From Iphione sp. A-MEVVRFRX5 (taxonomy: Eukaryota), in the NCBI GenBank assembly GCA_976226885.1, contig OZ320321.1:55428001-55492000 (forward strand): a stretch of DNA of 64,000 nt, given 5' to 3'. The position numbers were made by a program, and so were the translations under genes. Below, one piece after another: positions 10,509 to 23,543 of the stretch. Positions within the stretch are counted from its first letter, which is position 1. Each line of letters starts with the position of its first letter. The notes beneath the pieces are model-generated. The model worked only from the letters and a program-made list of their open reading frames with translations. It had not been told where the DNA came from and made no database searches.

Positions 10509-13500
10509 ATGGCAGCCTCCATGGCTGGAGGTGGAAAAGCCGCCTACGACCCTATTTTGGAAAAGTTCAGAATCGCTTTGAAGCCAGAAGGCCAAGGAAT
10601 CCAACTCAGCAGCATTTCTGATGGTCTTTCAGCCGTAGGTGTAAAGATGAGTCGCCAAGAAATCGTAGCAAAGCTCATTTCTTCGTGTGTTGGACTCGTT
10701 CTAACCTTCAGTATTTCATATTTTGGTTTCAAGTACCTAAGCAACGTTCTTGATCCTACACGTGAGGAGAAGAAACAGGCACAGAAAAGGGTAATTGTAT
10801 ATGAAAGAATTATCTAGTTATACATTTAAGAGTAACAGTTTCCTTACTGTGTCATGGAAGGTCCCTCCGTGCTAGAGCGGCCCTTGTCAACAGTGCTGTT
10901 TGTTACATCAGAAACCGACAGTGTACGTGATACTGAGTGATAGGCTAACACTGTGATAGCCATAGTTAGAAAGTCCCAGAGTTCACCCGACATTTCCGAG
11001 GTGGAACTGCTGAAAATGTTTATCTTTTCAGTTGATTGTAATACCACGTGCACTAGCAGGGCTCAGGGCTGCCAAGTTACCTGAAATCCGCGGATGACGC
11101 CCACATCTCAGACCTCACATTTGCACAAGTCACTCACCAGCAACAGTAGAATCACCGACCCATAATTTATGTATTCTCAACCTTATTTATTCTCATCGCA
11201 TTTCATTCCAATACAGGAAGACCTCTATTAAAGTATGGTCTGGGATCGAAACTGCCTTTTGCAGAAATCCATTTTTAAATAAATTAAGCGAAATGGGAGT
11301 TTACAAGTACACATATGTAGTTCCTCAAAAGGAAATGACAAATTAAGAAATATCAATATAAAAACCATGAAAATTGAAGTGATATCATAGAACACATCTA
11401 CTTCATTAACAAAGGTATGCCTGTAGAGTCATCGGCATAGAATGGCACGCATCACCCATATTTACCTTCTCTGTACTTGGCAGCCCTGTTGGCTAGAGCT
11501 GAATATACTAGCAAGCAGTATCAATTCAGCAATCCATTCCCACATTTTGTGCATAGCACTAGGGGTAGTTATCAACCAGTTTTTCATGATCGATTAATAA
11601 TCAAAATTTTGTCCTCAGATAGTCAAGAATTTAGTATCGATTATAAAAATTTATTTTCATTTCATTGTATTTTTAGCCAGGAACTAGATATTCAGCTAGC
11701 ATTTAAGCTGTTCTTCTAGATCCTCCTGGAGTAGCAGACTACTATCAGTTATTGAGAATTGAGAGACCAGAATACCTGGGGTTGCCCTTACTTTGATTTC
11801 AGATAGGTTTCTGGGGACTTTCTGTACATGGGGGATAGAATGCTACACACCCATAGCTTTTGTTACAAGTTGTGGACCACTCTGGATTGGGGCCACAGTT
11901 AATCCATCTGGTCATGATCAAGAGTAGTAACACTCATGTCATCATAGTAGGTACATTGTCTCCTAATCACAATTGCTCTCAGTAGGTTTGGGAATATGGA
12001 CCATTTATGGGTAAAAATTTATAAGACGTTGTGTCATTGGTTTTGCAAAAATGAAATGGTTGTTCCTTAGCTACTCGACTTGCAAGTTTGGAAGAGAATC
12101 ACATGCAATGTACAGACTGAAATGGCTTATTATTACTACCAAAATATGCAAGAAATAGTAAGGAATGATCTGTAAGCTTATAATACATAATATTTTAAAA
12201 ATCCTATATGCTGCCATTCTGTTTGAGTGTCAACAAGACGAAAGAGGTCACGTGATCGAACACGAACTCATGCCACTGTGAGACTTGGGGAGAGGTTTAT
12301 TCTCAACCAATGACATTCTTCGTTTGAAATGTAAATAACTAAAATGGCAGCCGTCGAGATCATTTGTCTAAAGTCATAGAAGATGGACTTCATATCGGTA
12401 ATATTTCTGTGTATTTTCATCCATTTGTCTTAATATAGTTGTCAGAGCAGTGTTTAAGTCTAGATTCTTTACTTTTTGTTAATAATTCAAGCCCGTCACC
12501 TGAGGTCAGAGTGAAAGGGCTTGAATTATTGAACAAAAAGTAAGAATCTAGGCTTAGACCCATTGTTCCAGGCCCAGGATTGAACCTGCCACCTCTCAAT
12601 CAGTAGACCAGTGCTAGTCAGCACTCTTACCAGCTAAGCCAACTCCCCACCCCTAGATCAGAGACTTAAACATATATTAACCTAAATGCTCACAATACCC
12701 TTTGAGTTGGACGCCTCTCCATCTTCCTCTATGGATCTAGGGTATAAGGATGGACTTTTGCGCAAGCGAGAAAGGTATTGAGATATTTTTCAGTAGAAGG
12801 TTGTCAAAGAGTATTCTCCACTATATGACGTGAGCAAAATGTGTGCCAGGCACACGGCAGACTCTCTGATGGTTAAGCCGGCCCTTTGCCTCATCACATT
12901 ATCAACAGTGTTCCTGGTGGGTCTAGTGAGCGAGGGTAGGGGATGAATGGCCGTAATCAGCAAAGAGAGGGCGTCTGAACCTACTGTATGTTTCTGGTTG
13001 GGCTGGTCAGGGAGGGAAGGCAGTGGATGGTCATAGGAAGCAAGGTGTCTGAAAGCTGTAGACAACAAAGAAGGGTGTCTGAAAGCCTTAAGCAACGAGG
13101 GAAGGTGTTTGATGGATGTGGGCAGCCAGGGAGAGAGTGTGATGATCGGAGGCAGTAAGAGTGGCAGTGTGTTTGCCATAGGCAGCGAAGGAGGGGGTGT
13201 GATGGCCATAGTGAACGAGGGACGGTACCTTGTGGTTGTAACCAAGGGAGGGCTTCTCATCTCTGTCTCGAGCAACGAAGGGTGTCCGACGACCAAAGGC
13301 AGTGAGGTTGTCTGATGGGCATAATGAGTGAGGGAGGGTCTTATGGCTGTAGAGGTTGAGGCTGCCTGATCGCCACATTTCAGCCCTCAGCTACGTCATC
13401 TGCTAGTTCATCTGTTGTACCACCATTTTTCATTTTTATATCGATCTTTATTTTCATCAAGCTATAGAGAGGACAGGCACCCCATCCAACTGGTGCTAGA

Positions 13501-16500
13501 GAGAAGGTCTTAACTGATATTGTGTCTTTTTCAGGCAGAGAGTATGCTGAAAAAGATAGGGGTGACAAATGTAAAGGTGAGCTCTCTTTACAGAAAGACT
13601 TTCTGTAGTTGACTTTTATATTTTCCATTCTTATAGATAACATTTCTACATGTCACGAGCGATTTTGCTCATGAAAGATTAGGGCTAATATGAACCTTAA
13701 TGTAATTATGCAAAATTATTTATTTTCATGTGTGTGAGTATGTTTGTGCATATGTTTGTGTGTGTGTGTGTGAGAGTGAGAGAAAGAGAGATAGAGCAAG
13801 AGAGAGAGGGACTTCACCAGAACTAAATTTGAAATAGACTAATTGTAAACTATTCTGTGTCTTGCAACTAACAGACCGTTACTATGTAAACATGATAGTG
13901 AACTTATAAACATATTTTATACTTTTAGCTCTCTGAATATGAATTATGCATCGCTTCAAACCTTGTTGACCCCTTGTCTATGACTACAACGTGGTCGGAC
14001 ATAGGAGGTCTGGACGAGACGATAGAAGAAATGCAGGAGTCTATAATCCTGCCCTTTACCTGCCAGAAACTTATTAGTGGCTCAATGCTTCTGCAACCTC
14101 CAAAAGGTATTTTAGAGAATATTAATATTTCTGTACAGAATATTTTCCACAGTCAGTATCTGTTGTTCCATGTAGTGAGTAGAGGGCAAACTTGTAATAA
14201 ATATAGCGGGACTTTTTAAATTCCTGCTCTGCGTCATAATTTTTTAACTGAAAAAGGCACATACATGTACATACACACCCCCTCTCTAGGAAGACCACTC
14301 TCTTCTGCGACCATTTGATGTTGGAACTGACAGTGGTAATACTAGCGAGGTAACACTGTAGCTTCAGATGCTGTGTTGACTGCATTAATGACTTGCATAG
14401 CATAACTACGACTGCGATCGATTTAATATGTGGCCTCTTCATTATAATATGCACATTATTTTTGATAAAAGACTATAATATTACCGCATAAATATTGGGG
14501 GAGCCTGAACAAGAACCAGGAGTTCTAATCCTGTTGATTTTTCTCAATGAATTTATCCAATGATTGCCCCAGGATGATTAATAGAATTACCCATATTTTC
14601 TTTTACTAAACCATCGTCATGTATACCTAATTATAGGAGTTCTACTGTATGGGCCACCTGGATGTGGAAAGACGATGGTTGCTAAAGCTTTAGCAAAAGC
14701 TGCAGGTTTGTTCAGTTTACTGTCGTTCGTACCTTCGAACTATAAACTTTTTCTTGAGTACAGCCGAATCGGTGCACACCCATTAACACGCACACACATA
14801 AATGTACGCATAGGGTGGGACAGGGGCTGCTCAGCTGGTTCAAACAGTGGTGTCACGTGCACAGCATGCAAATATCGCCAACTCGCCCGGTCCGATCAGT
14901 CCACGTAGGTGAGACTTTGACACTATTTCCATTTGTACTTTTTTACTCGCTTAGAATAGCATTTACATGTAATTTGCCCGGGGGGGGGGGCTAGCCGTGT
15001 AGAGTGGCATGTAGATAATAATTCCACTCGGACTTGATGCGTACACCTGACGCACTGGACTTGAGCTTTGACCAGATGTAGTAGACTCAGACCTTCGTCG
15101 AGGTCAAAAGATAACAGACCAAGACATGTAACCAATGTTCACGATGCTTCATATATCGTTTAATTTCTCAGACATATTTAGCACATACATGTACAGGTCT
15201 ACATGCTTCATTCCGACTGACATTATCCCAGTGTGTCGATGTTTGCCCTGCCTAACTTGTGTCTGCTAACATGCAACTTCAAATTTGTTCTGTACTTTCT
15301 TTGATTAGGGGCCCGCTTCATCAACTTGTCTGTGTCCACCTTGGTAGACAAGTGGTATGGAGAGTCTCAGAAACGTGCTGAAGCAGTATTTTCGCTTGTA
15401 AGTACCGTTGTTCCGTGAATACATGTAGTACTAAGGTACATACATGTGCTTGTAACAGCAGTGTCCAACTGATAAAAAGTGAAACATTTTTTTATAGGAA
15501 CTCAGTACCGTCGTCCCCCCCCTAACCGGAGGGGTAGCGGAATGCGAAAAATTGTCCGGATGAGGGGGGGTCCGGAGTGGCGACCCAAGCACCATGCGTC
15601 TCCTGGTGGGGAAAACTGTCATAATAGTAAAGTATGGATAATCGATATTCATGGAGATTGAAGCATATTCCATAGAGAAAATGTCAAAAAGCAAATTTGA
15701 AGGAGAATGTGACAAAAAATGGCAAAATTCATGGAGATTGAGGCATATTCCATGGAGAAAATGTCAAAAACGGCCAATTTCAAGGAGAATGTGACAAAAA
15801 ATGGCAAAATTCATGGAGATTGAGGCATATTCCATGGAGAAAATGTCAAAAAAAATTTCAAATTTCTTTGTTCTCTGCACTATGTTGTCTCTTCCTTTAG
15901 GAGGTCACCACGCGTGTCACTCTTATGTAATCATTTCGCATGTCTGTATTTGACTTTGAACCTCTGTTAGTCGCTCTGCGCTTTGTTGTTTCTATGTTTA
16001 GGAAGGTCTGGCCTGCCTTTCGTGTGTTTGAATGTTACTTTTAACCCATGTTAGTCGCTCTGCGCTTTGTTGTCTCTATGTTTAGGAGGGTCTGGCCTGC
16101 CTTTCGTGTGTGTGAGTTACTTTTAAACAGGGGGGTCAACTATTCTGGTGAAGCGTTATTATTATTCCGGTTAACTTAGTGTGTTTCCTATGTTAAATGC
16201 TCTAAAATGCAGCTAAATTTCATCTGAATACGGAAAGGCGGGGTCCAGTTAAATAGTGTAATATAGAAAAATAATTGGTAATTCGAATACCCTCCGGTTA
16301 TGATGATATTCCGGAAAGGACGGGTCCGGTAGGGGGGGGGGCGACCGTATATCACGACTCCACATAATGTTACTATGTGTAGTTAAAACATTGCAAATAC
16401 AGTAAGCCCATACTCAATTTGTGTACACGCATGCATGTAGTGTAAAGCTGTGTTGTCTTCAGTAAACACATAAATCCTACGAGAAAAGATGTTAACTAGA

Positions 16501-19500
16501 GATTCTTTTGTATTTAATAACAGGCAGTCAAACTGCAACCGACCATAATCTTCATCGATGAAATAGGTAAGAAATACAGATGTTGATAAAAACTTTAACC
16601 CCAAATGAAAGCCTATATGGTGAATAATTGTCGAGTTTCAATTTTCAATTTTGATATATTCAGTTTTCCAGGACCTGAGCCGAGTATTTTCGTCCTCGCT
16701 AATAAAAAAATAACCGTATTTTACAAGATGGTCCGATAGTGGGCAAAAGTTACAGCTTGTGAAATAAGTGAAAGACCCTCTGTCACTTGGAAAGTGCGTA
16801 CGATCATCTAATTATGAAACCGGTTCGCACCAGATTCCTTCCTGCGGTCGCGGACGTCGACGGACCACGAGGCGACGGCCATGATCAAGACGCAGTTCAT
16901 GAGCTTCTGGGATGGGCTCATGACGGACGATAAATGCAAGATCATGATCGTGGGTGCCACGAATCGGCCGCAGGACGTGGACGCCGCCATCCTGCGCCGC
17001 ATGCCGTGCATGTTCCAGATCGGCCTCCCAGTGAGTGACTTCGTATTATAACTGCTCTGCCATCCCCCTCCCCCTCCCCACAGACCCGTGTCAGGCTTCA
17101 AGCGGGTTGAAACTTGAAGGAAAACCTATACCACGTGTACAGGGCGAACTGCCATGGACAGAAAGTCATTCCGTCTGATTTGCAAGTAGATTAGAAAACG
17201 AGACTAGACTATGCTTGTTTAGGAGACGGCTAGTCAGAGGAATTCTTACCAAAATGGCACACGTTTTCTGTATTAAACTTCCCCTTCCATTTCTTCCATT
17301 TATCCTGCATACTCCAAGTGTCTACCTGCTTCTCCGCCTTGCCCACCACCCCAGTCTCTCGTCGTCTCTTCCTTTTCCTCCATGACAGGAAGGAAAAGCC
17401 TCCGAACCCTTCTCTGTCATATTTTTGTTGTGCTCATCTTCGCCGCACCTGTTGCATATACATGTATCACTCTCCCACACATCGTTGCTCCCCATCTTTA
17501 CCCCACATCTTCAGTCTGCAGCACCTTTGCTCTGTATCTTTGTTATGCGGAGGGAGTGAGCAGTCTCAGTGATGGTAGGATGCGCAGTGTCACTTTCTTA
17601 TTTAGCTGTGTATTGCTGCTCACCAGAAGATGAGAGGTGGAAACATGCTGGGATCTCTGATAGGAGGGTTGCTTTCTCCCTAGAAGATATGCGTGTGTGT
17701 ACTAAGGTTGATGAATCCATGTGTATTTAAGCAAAATTCTAAACTCTATGTATTATAGTAGGTGCACATACTTTCTGCCCATTTATGCCTCTCCATTTCT
17801 CACATGTGAAGTCACTCTTTTTTCCTTATAATCACTCCCTTTCGTCTCCCCTTGTCCCCACCAGCACGTCTTTCCATTTTGTTTGTCCATCTCTCCATAG
17901 CATCCTCCTGTCTCTCCTTTGATTGCTTTACTGTTGCTTCAGCATCTCTCTCCAACTCTCCTGCCTGAAATTCACTCACCTATTTCCCCCTTTCTCCCTG
18001 TCCTTCCCTTCTGCTCTCACACTCTCTGCAGACATTCTTGTTTCTCTCTCTATCATGCACCTGTCTTCTTTCCTCCCACCGTCCTACCCCACCTGCATCT
18101 TTTCATGTTCCCAATAATTCCTTGCTCCCTAATGTCTCGTAGTGTTACCGCCAGTGCCACTCTGTAGCCCCCTTATTTTCCGATGTCTCACTTACTGCCT
18201 CCCAGAAAAAGACGCGGGAAACCTTGAATAGATAGCTTACAGCTACATTCAACAGCTACTTGAAGTATTACTATCTCTATAAAACTGGCTTTGCAACTAG
18301 AGGACCACTTTGTAACTAGTGTTAATTTTTCATGTAACTTTTTGTGTAACATACCTGTATTTTTTCCTAATAATTCAACTTTTTTTTATTCGTCATGGTC
18401 ATAGCGTTTATTTCTTAATATCAACATTTTCTCTGATGATTTTAGGGCCAACATGAGAGGGAACACATTCTAAGATTAATTTTACGTGAAGAACCGGTAA
18501 GTTTTTTGCTTTTCTACTTATTTCTATGTACATTCATACAGTTACTTCTCGTTAGCTGGACTGGTCGGCTCTTACCCTATTAGCCCAAATGAAAAGGCAA
18601 TCCTGTTGCTGAAGGTTGATTAGTATTAATACGTTGCGAATTGTTAAACTGTATGATATTATACAGCAAAAGCAGTTACACGTCACAGTAGCACCTTTTT
18701 GAAAGAACACCTACGTGTATGCCACAATAGGTGATAACACCTTCCTTTGGAAATAACTGCCGCCTTGTTTTGGTGTAAAGGGTACATGGAATTGACCTGT
18801 TGCTGGGTGGCTTTGGACATTGTCCCCTTTCACTTGTCAGTGAGTGCTAACTAAGCATTTCCTAGCTACAGATCCATGTCTGTCAATTGTGTGAAAGGTT
18901 GTCTGCAACAGGACGTTTACAAGTGTTTTGATGAGGCTAGAAATGAAACAAATTGGGTATGGACAATGCCCAGGCCTCCCAGCGATAGGTCATTTGACTG
19001 ATCCAGTGTGTCCTAGTGACGCTCTATGCAGAGTGTCATACTGTTAAAATAACCACCATTTGATGACGTATTCAAACGTGCCTGCAACAACAATCAGTGT
19101 TGTAGGCGCCAAGGGTAGAATTATATGATGCAACTGGTATTCACAACCTTCAAGGGTGGGGAGGTTTGAACGTGACATCTTTTGCATTTTTGATGCTGTT
19201 TTAACACAGCCTTGTCCGGGCGGGATAGGCATAGTTATATGCTTTTATAAAGTAGCTTCCAGGTAGAATCGAAAACCTTTTGGCATCTAGAAACTGAGGA
19301 AATCCAGACGATGGGGATGAAGTTTTACTACGTGTATTTTGATCGTCTGTGTGGATTTTGCTTGGAAGTATGTAGGAATGGGTTACCAGCGGCCTGGGAA
19401 AAGTGAAGTGATCATGTCATAATTCAGGGTCCCCACTGCACAGGGAAAACAGGGAAAATGGCCAAAAAAAATTCCCTGTTGGGGAAAACACAAGGAATTT

Positions 19501-20537
19501 GAAAATTTTGGGCAAACCCAGGGAAAACACAGGGAAAAAAATTCTGAAAATCAACAAAAAATCATAGATCTTTTTTCCTTTAAGACAAGGTCAACATCAT
19601 TAGTTAGAAAATTATCCATACATCATCAAATAGGAAGAAAAACTTCATGGCAGTCACAAACATTAACTGCTTCTATTTTCCTTTGGCTTTCTGACAGCAT
19701 GATGACCTATTCACATTGGAATGAGTGTGAGTCATGGAATTGAGGATTTAAAAGAATTCATAGTTCAAATTTTCACAATCCTATACCTGACACTGGACCT
19801 TGTAACTTAAGAAACAAAAAGGATACATATTACATGCTAGAGAACAACAAGCTTGAATTATGATTTGATAATTCAAAGCCTTGTCATATAAAGTTGTACA
19901 GAAACCACCACAGGGAAAACTGCCATGGCACAGGGAAAACACAGGGAATTTGAAAATGAAATTTTAGTGGGGACCCTGATAATTACCTGTGTATCCATCC
20001 ACTTGTATGATTGTAGACCATTTAACATTATACATGTGTATATTCTTGTAAACCAGACTACAGAAGATGTGGACCTGACATCACTTGCCAGTGATACTGC
20101 AGGCTTCTCAGGCAGCGACCTTCGGGAGCTGTGCCGGCATGCAGCCATCCGTCGCCTTCGTGACTTTGCACGGCGCGAGATGCAGAAGTCAAATGAAGGG
20201 TAATACCCCTGTTCTTTTGATTTTTTTTTCTCATCTAGCACCAGTCTGTAAGCTCGCTCACTCAATGAACTAAGTACATGCATTACATTTTTTATCAAAA
20301 AGAAACTGCAGCTGTATGTACAGTGTATTGCATTATTCTTCTTTAACTAGCTAAACATGTCAAGCCTCTTCTTCTTTACCAACATTTGTTGATTTTTTCG
20401 TCTTAAATTGTTGCAGGGAGATCATGGGAAAGTATCTTCGGGCTATATCGATGGACGACCTGGAGTGGGCACTAAACAAAATTCGTCAATCAAAACTTAT
20501 AAATTTGGTGGCAGCTCAACACATCAGCCTAGACTGA
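10509..20537 (+). CDS. ATAD1: ATAD1/Msp1 outer-mitochondrial-membrane AAA+ dislocase; exons 10509-10790, 13535-13576, 13929-14106, 14637-14705, 15309-15397, 16524-16566, 16834-17030, 18446-18496, 20057-20199, 20417-20537
   Basis: All junctions are GT-AG and phase-consistent. N-terminal TM then [41 protein letters not shown] (Walker A), IIFIDEID (Walker B), [30 protein letters not shown]-terminal QHISLD. Confidence 0.97.
11064..11488. mobile_element. Non-autonomous DNA transposon, hAT-like ends
   Basis: Perfect 13-bp TIR CAGGGCTGCCAAG / CTTGGCAGCCCTG; TSD not clearly preserved. Confidence 0.65.
12460..12551. repeat. Palindromic mini-element (about 35-bp arms, 22-nt loop)
   Basis: CTAGATTCTTTACTTTTTGTTAATAATTCAAGCCC, loop, GGGCTTGAATTATTGAACAAAAAGTAAGAATCTAG. 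Confidence 0.85.
12552..12648 (-). mobile_element. tRNA-derived SINE head
   Basis: The minus strand reads GGGGAGTTGGCTTAGCTGGTAAGAGTG...GGTTCAATCCTGG, with Pol III A-box and B-box; it does not fold into a clean cloverleaf. Confidence 0.65.
13051..13290. repeat. Degenerate 30-bp tandem repeat (about 8 units) in ATAD1 intron 1
   Basis: Exact 30-nt periodicity (e.g. GAAAGCTGTAGACAACAAAGAAGGGTGTCT, GAAAGCCTTAAGCAACGAGGGAAGGTGTTT); minus-strand ORF 12790-13296 encodes 10-aa PSL-type repeats. Confidence 0.75.
15508..16347. mobile_element. TA-flanked MITE with internal about 80-bp tandem repeats
   Basis: Ends CCGTCGTCCCCCCCCTAACCGGA and TCCGGTAGGGGGGGGGGCGACCG, both flanked by TA; repeats at about 15645-15860 and 15965-16125. 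Confidence 0.7.
19425..19978. mobile_element. Non-autonomous hAT-like element with 6-bp TSD
   Basis: TIR CAGGGTCCCCACT / AGTGGGGACCCTG; TSD ATAATT at 19419-19424 and 19979-19984; many subterminal CAGGGAAAA motifs. Confidence 0.85.
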
Positions 20538-23500
20538 GGTGTTCGTTAGTAAGTTATGAAGACAATTGTGCTTGGGCATAATCTGGTGCGTGTATTTACT
20601 TAAATAATCAGGAACTGTTTCCATGTATATAAAAGGATGATAAAAATGTTAGGACTAATTATGGACTTCGTTGTGAGAGAGGAGTATGATAGTAACAAAG
20701 TGTGGAATGCCATAGACAGAGATAGCCTTCTATTACGGAGGAACCACAGGTCAGCTGGGATGGTTTCTGATTGTCGACTGCGGCCGTCTGACACTTGACA
20801 AACAAGGCCTTGGTGGTTTTTAATTCACTTACCTGTTCGCCGCCCCAAAATTTAATTGTAATCCTTTGACGAAGATACCTATACAGAAAATAGCCAGACA
20901 TTTGAGGGCTTACAAAGATAGAAGAGAAATATATTACTTGTCCGACAGTTATGCAAGGTAGGCATGGTCAAAATGGTAACAACCATCTTAGCCACTTGAA
21001 GTTACATACATGATCATTGTTGCGAGCATTATTTTGGATGATGAAAAATACTATTTTCAGTTTTTTTTTGTATTGCCGGTATGCCTTAACTATTCAGTCT
21101 CATCATTAAGTCAGGAAAGAACCCTCCATATTGAAGATATTGAAATGTTACTTGTGAGGAAGAGCCACAATATTACTTGTACTGTATATAGCTTGATGTG
21201 ATCTTGAAGAAAAGTCTTAAATGTAACAACGTGTTGAGGATGGAGCCTATCCATGTAGCCTCAAAAACAATGGCCCCCTCCTCCTCTGATGTAGAGAGAT
21301 TTCTGTCAAGTACATGGTGTAGTGAGATTCCTGTTAAGTACGTGTACATGTATATATATGCGTTAATCTCCGCTGTCTTATAGCCTGGGGAATCTTATTT
21401 TTTACACTTAAAACCATAAATACCAGTTAAACCCGCCCAGGTGGCGCTAGTATAGAAAGAGAAAGTATTTTGTTGTAGCATTATGCCCGTTTTGTTCACC
21501 AGAAGGTGCTAGTGCATGTTGATATTTGCTCTTTAATGTATGGGTAGGTATATAACAACTGATGTAAATGGTTCTTTGTGTAATCAGTCTTAATATGTAT
21601 TTTTTTATCCACAGATTTTAATAATTTATTGCTATAATTGATGAATAATTAGTAGATTACATCAACATACCAGTGATATGTGATCTAGACTATGATACTG
21701 TTGTATACTGGGGTATAGCTGAAATACATGCACAGGTGTCACTTCAGACAGATTACATACTCAGTATTCAAAGCAGATAAAAACAGTGGGATGACAGAGA
21801 GAAATAGAGCCTACTGGAAACCACAAAACCAACATACAAGGGAAGGGAGAGATGGGCATCAATGCTTTGATCCGACATGACAACTATCAAAATCTACTAA
21901 CAAAATGAATGAAAAGTTGATCAATCCTATTTCCACGCTCCTGAAAGTAAAGAGCGAACATTGAGCACGTCCACACACCACAACTGCTGAACAACTACTG
22001 AGTGTGCGATCTGCCCGAAGCAATACCTGTACATACATCTCTGGTAGACAACCAGTGTACAACAGTAGAATTAGTCATCGAATGGGTTCAGATACAACAT
22101 CCCAGTGTATTTGACAAAAATCGGCTGGAAAAATGGTGACGTAATGAGTATTAAATGTTTATCTACATGTTCTGTTAAAAAGTAAGTTTAAAACTACAGC
22201 TTTGGAAAACCCACTAAATTTTATAATCGTCAAAATTCTAAAACAGTCGTAGCTTGCCATCTAAGCATTGAAACCTCCATAAGAGTATTTACAACGATAG
22301 TGCTCATCTGAGGTTAGATGGCAGTGCGGATGGAAGAAATTTTATGAACAAATTTGTGTCAGCGGCATTGATACGTGTGAAGTGCCTGTTTTGTTGAAGT
22401 GTCCACCAGACGTGAAGGACATATTACTGAAACCTAGTAAAGGTTTTCCTATGGACAACTTCCTTATGCAGCATGGGTTCCAGTCTTGGATGGGTGGAGG
22501 GATGAAGTTCAGTGTTGTGAGTTGAGGTCAGGGAGAGTTGTGAGGGGCAAGGGACCTTTGTGATTGTTGGGCACCCTAGAGGTATTCCACTACCCCCGCT
22601 TTCCCTAGATATCCTGCTGGCTGGCTCTGATCAAGGGGTTAAATAAGTACACACTCCTCCCCATAAGAATGAGAGAGGTATATGTGCGTTCGTGCAGACA
22701 ACTTAGTTAATTCGGAATGAAACTGTTTAATGGAATTCTGCGCCTCCCGTTCCCATCGCAACCTGCAGTGCATTTGTTCTTGGAAATAAAAATCGCAACC
22801 TGTATTCAGACTTGATTGGCTTTATTATGTACTTCAATACTGAGAGCTTGCAAGCTGTCGACCCTCCCGGGTCTTCACCAGGCTAATTTTGTGGTTCAGT
22901 GCAGGAGGCTCTGACTTGCATTCATGCTGAACTCCATAACGAAAGCGAAAATAATTATTTCCAAAAAAGAGACCAAATGAGCTCGTGGCAATTGCAGACT
23001 CTTTAGGCAGGATGCTCGCAACTTGAAGGATTCCCCACAACATATTTCTTATGTAACACTTAAAGATACCATGACATTGTTGTGTCAACGACAGTTTATT
23101 ATCATAAATCTATATTTATATTATAATTTGAACTGAATTGATACAGGATAGCCAAATTCATATTGACTTCATTCCTTTAATCAATTTACACAGTTTTAAT
23201 AACATCTGTTCAAGGAGCTGCTAAACTAATGTGACAGGATCAAAGCGTCTGCGTTATTAAACTGATACAATTTAATACAATCGAAATTCTCATGGAGGCA
23301 CAAATATCACTAATGTAGATAACGACTATAAATAAGTATTAAATTAAATAAAGCCGTTCAAACCAGTTATCAATTGTGTATAGAAAATATCACAGATCAT
23401 TTGAGAGAGTAAAATCATATGATGGACAGCCACATCATAAATTTGGTTCCTGATGATCTTTGGAAAAAGAAACGAAAAAAAGAGAGACTCCCTTTACAGG

Positions 23501-23543
23501 AAACAGAATGTGGCATTTTATATGTACATATACAAGTTAACTA

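Noticed and set aside
12552-12648. Functional tRNA gene
   Set aside because: A and B boxes are present but the acceptor and anticodon stems do not pair convincingly; treated as a SINE head.
22834-23088. 84-aa minus-strand ORF downstream of the C2orf81-like stop
   Set aside because: Non-ATG start, no motif, and it lies just before an AATAAA; most simply 3' UTR.
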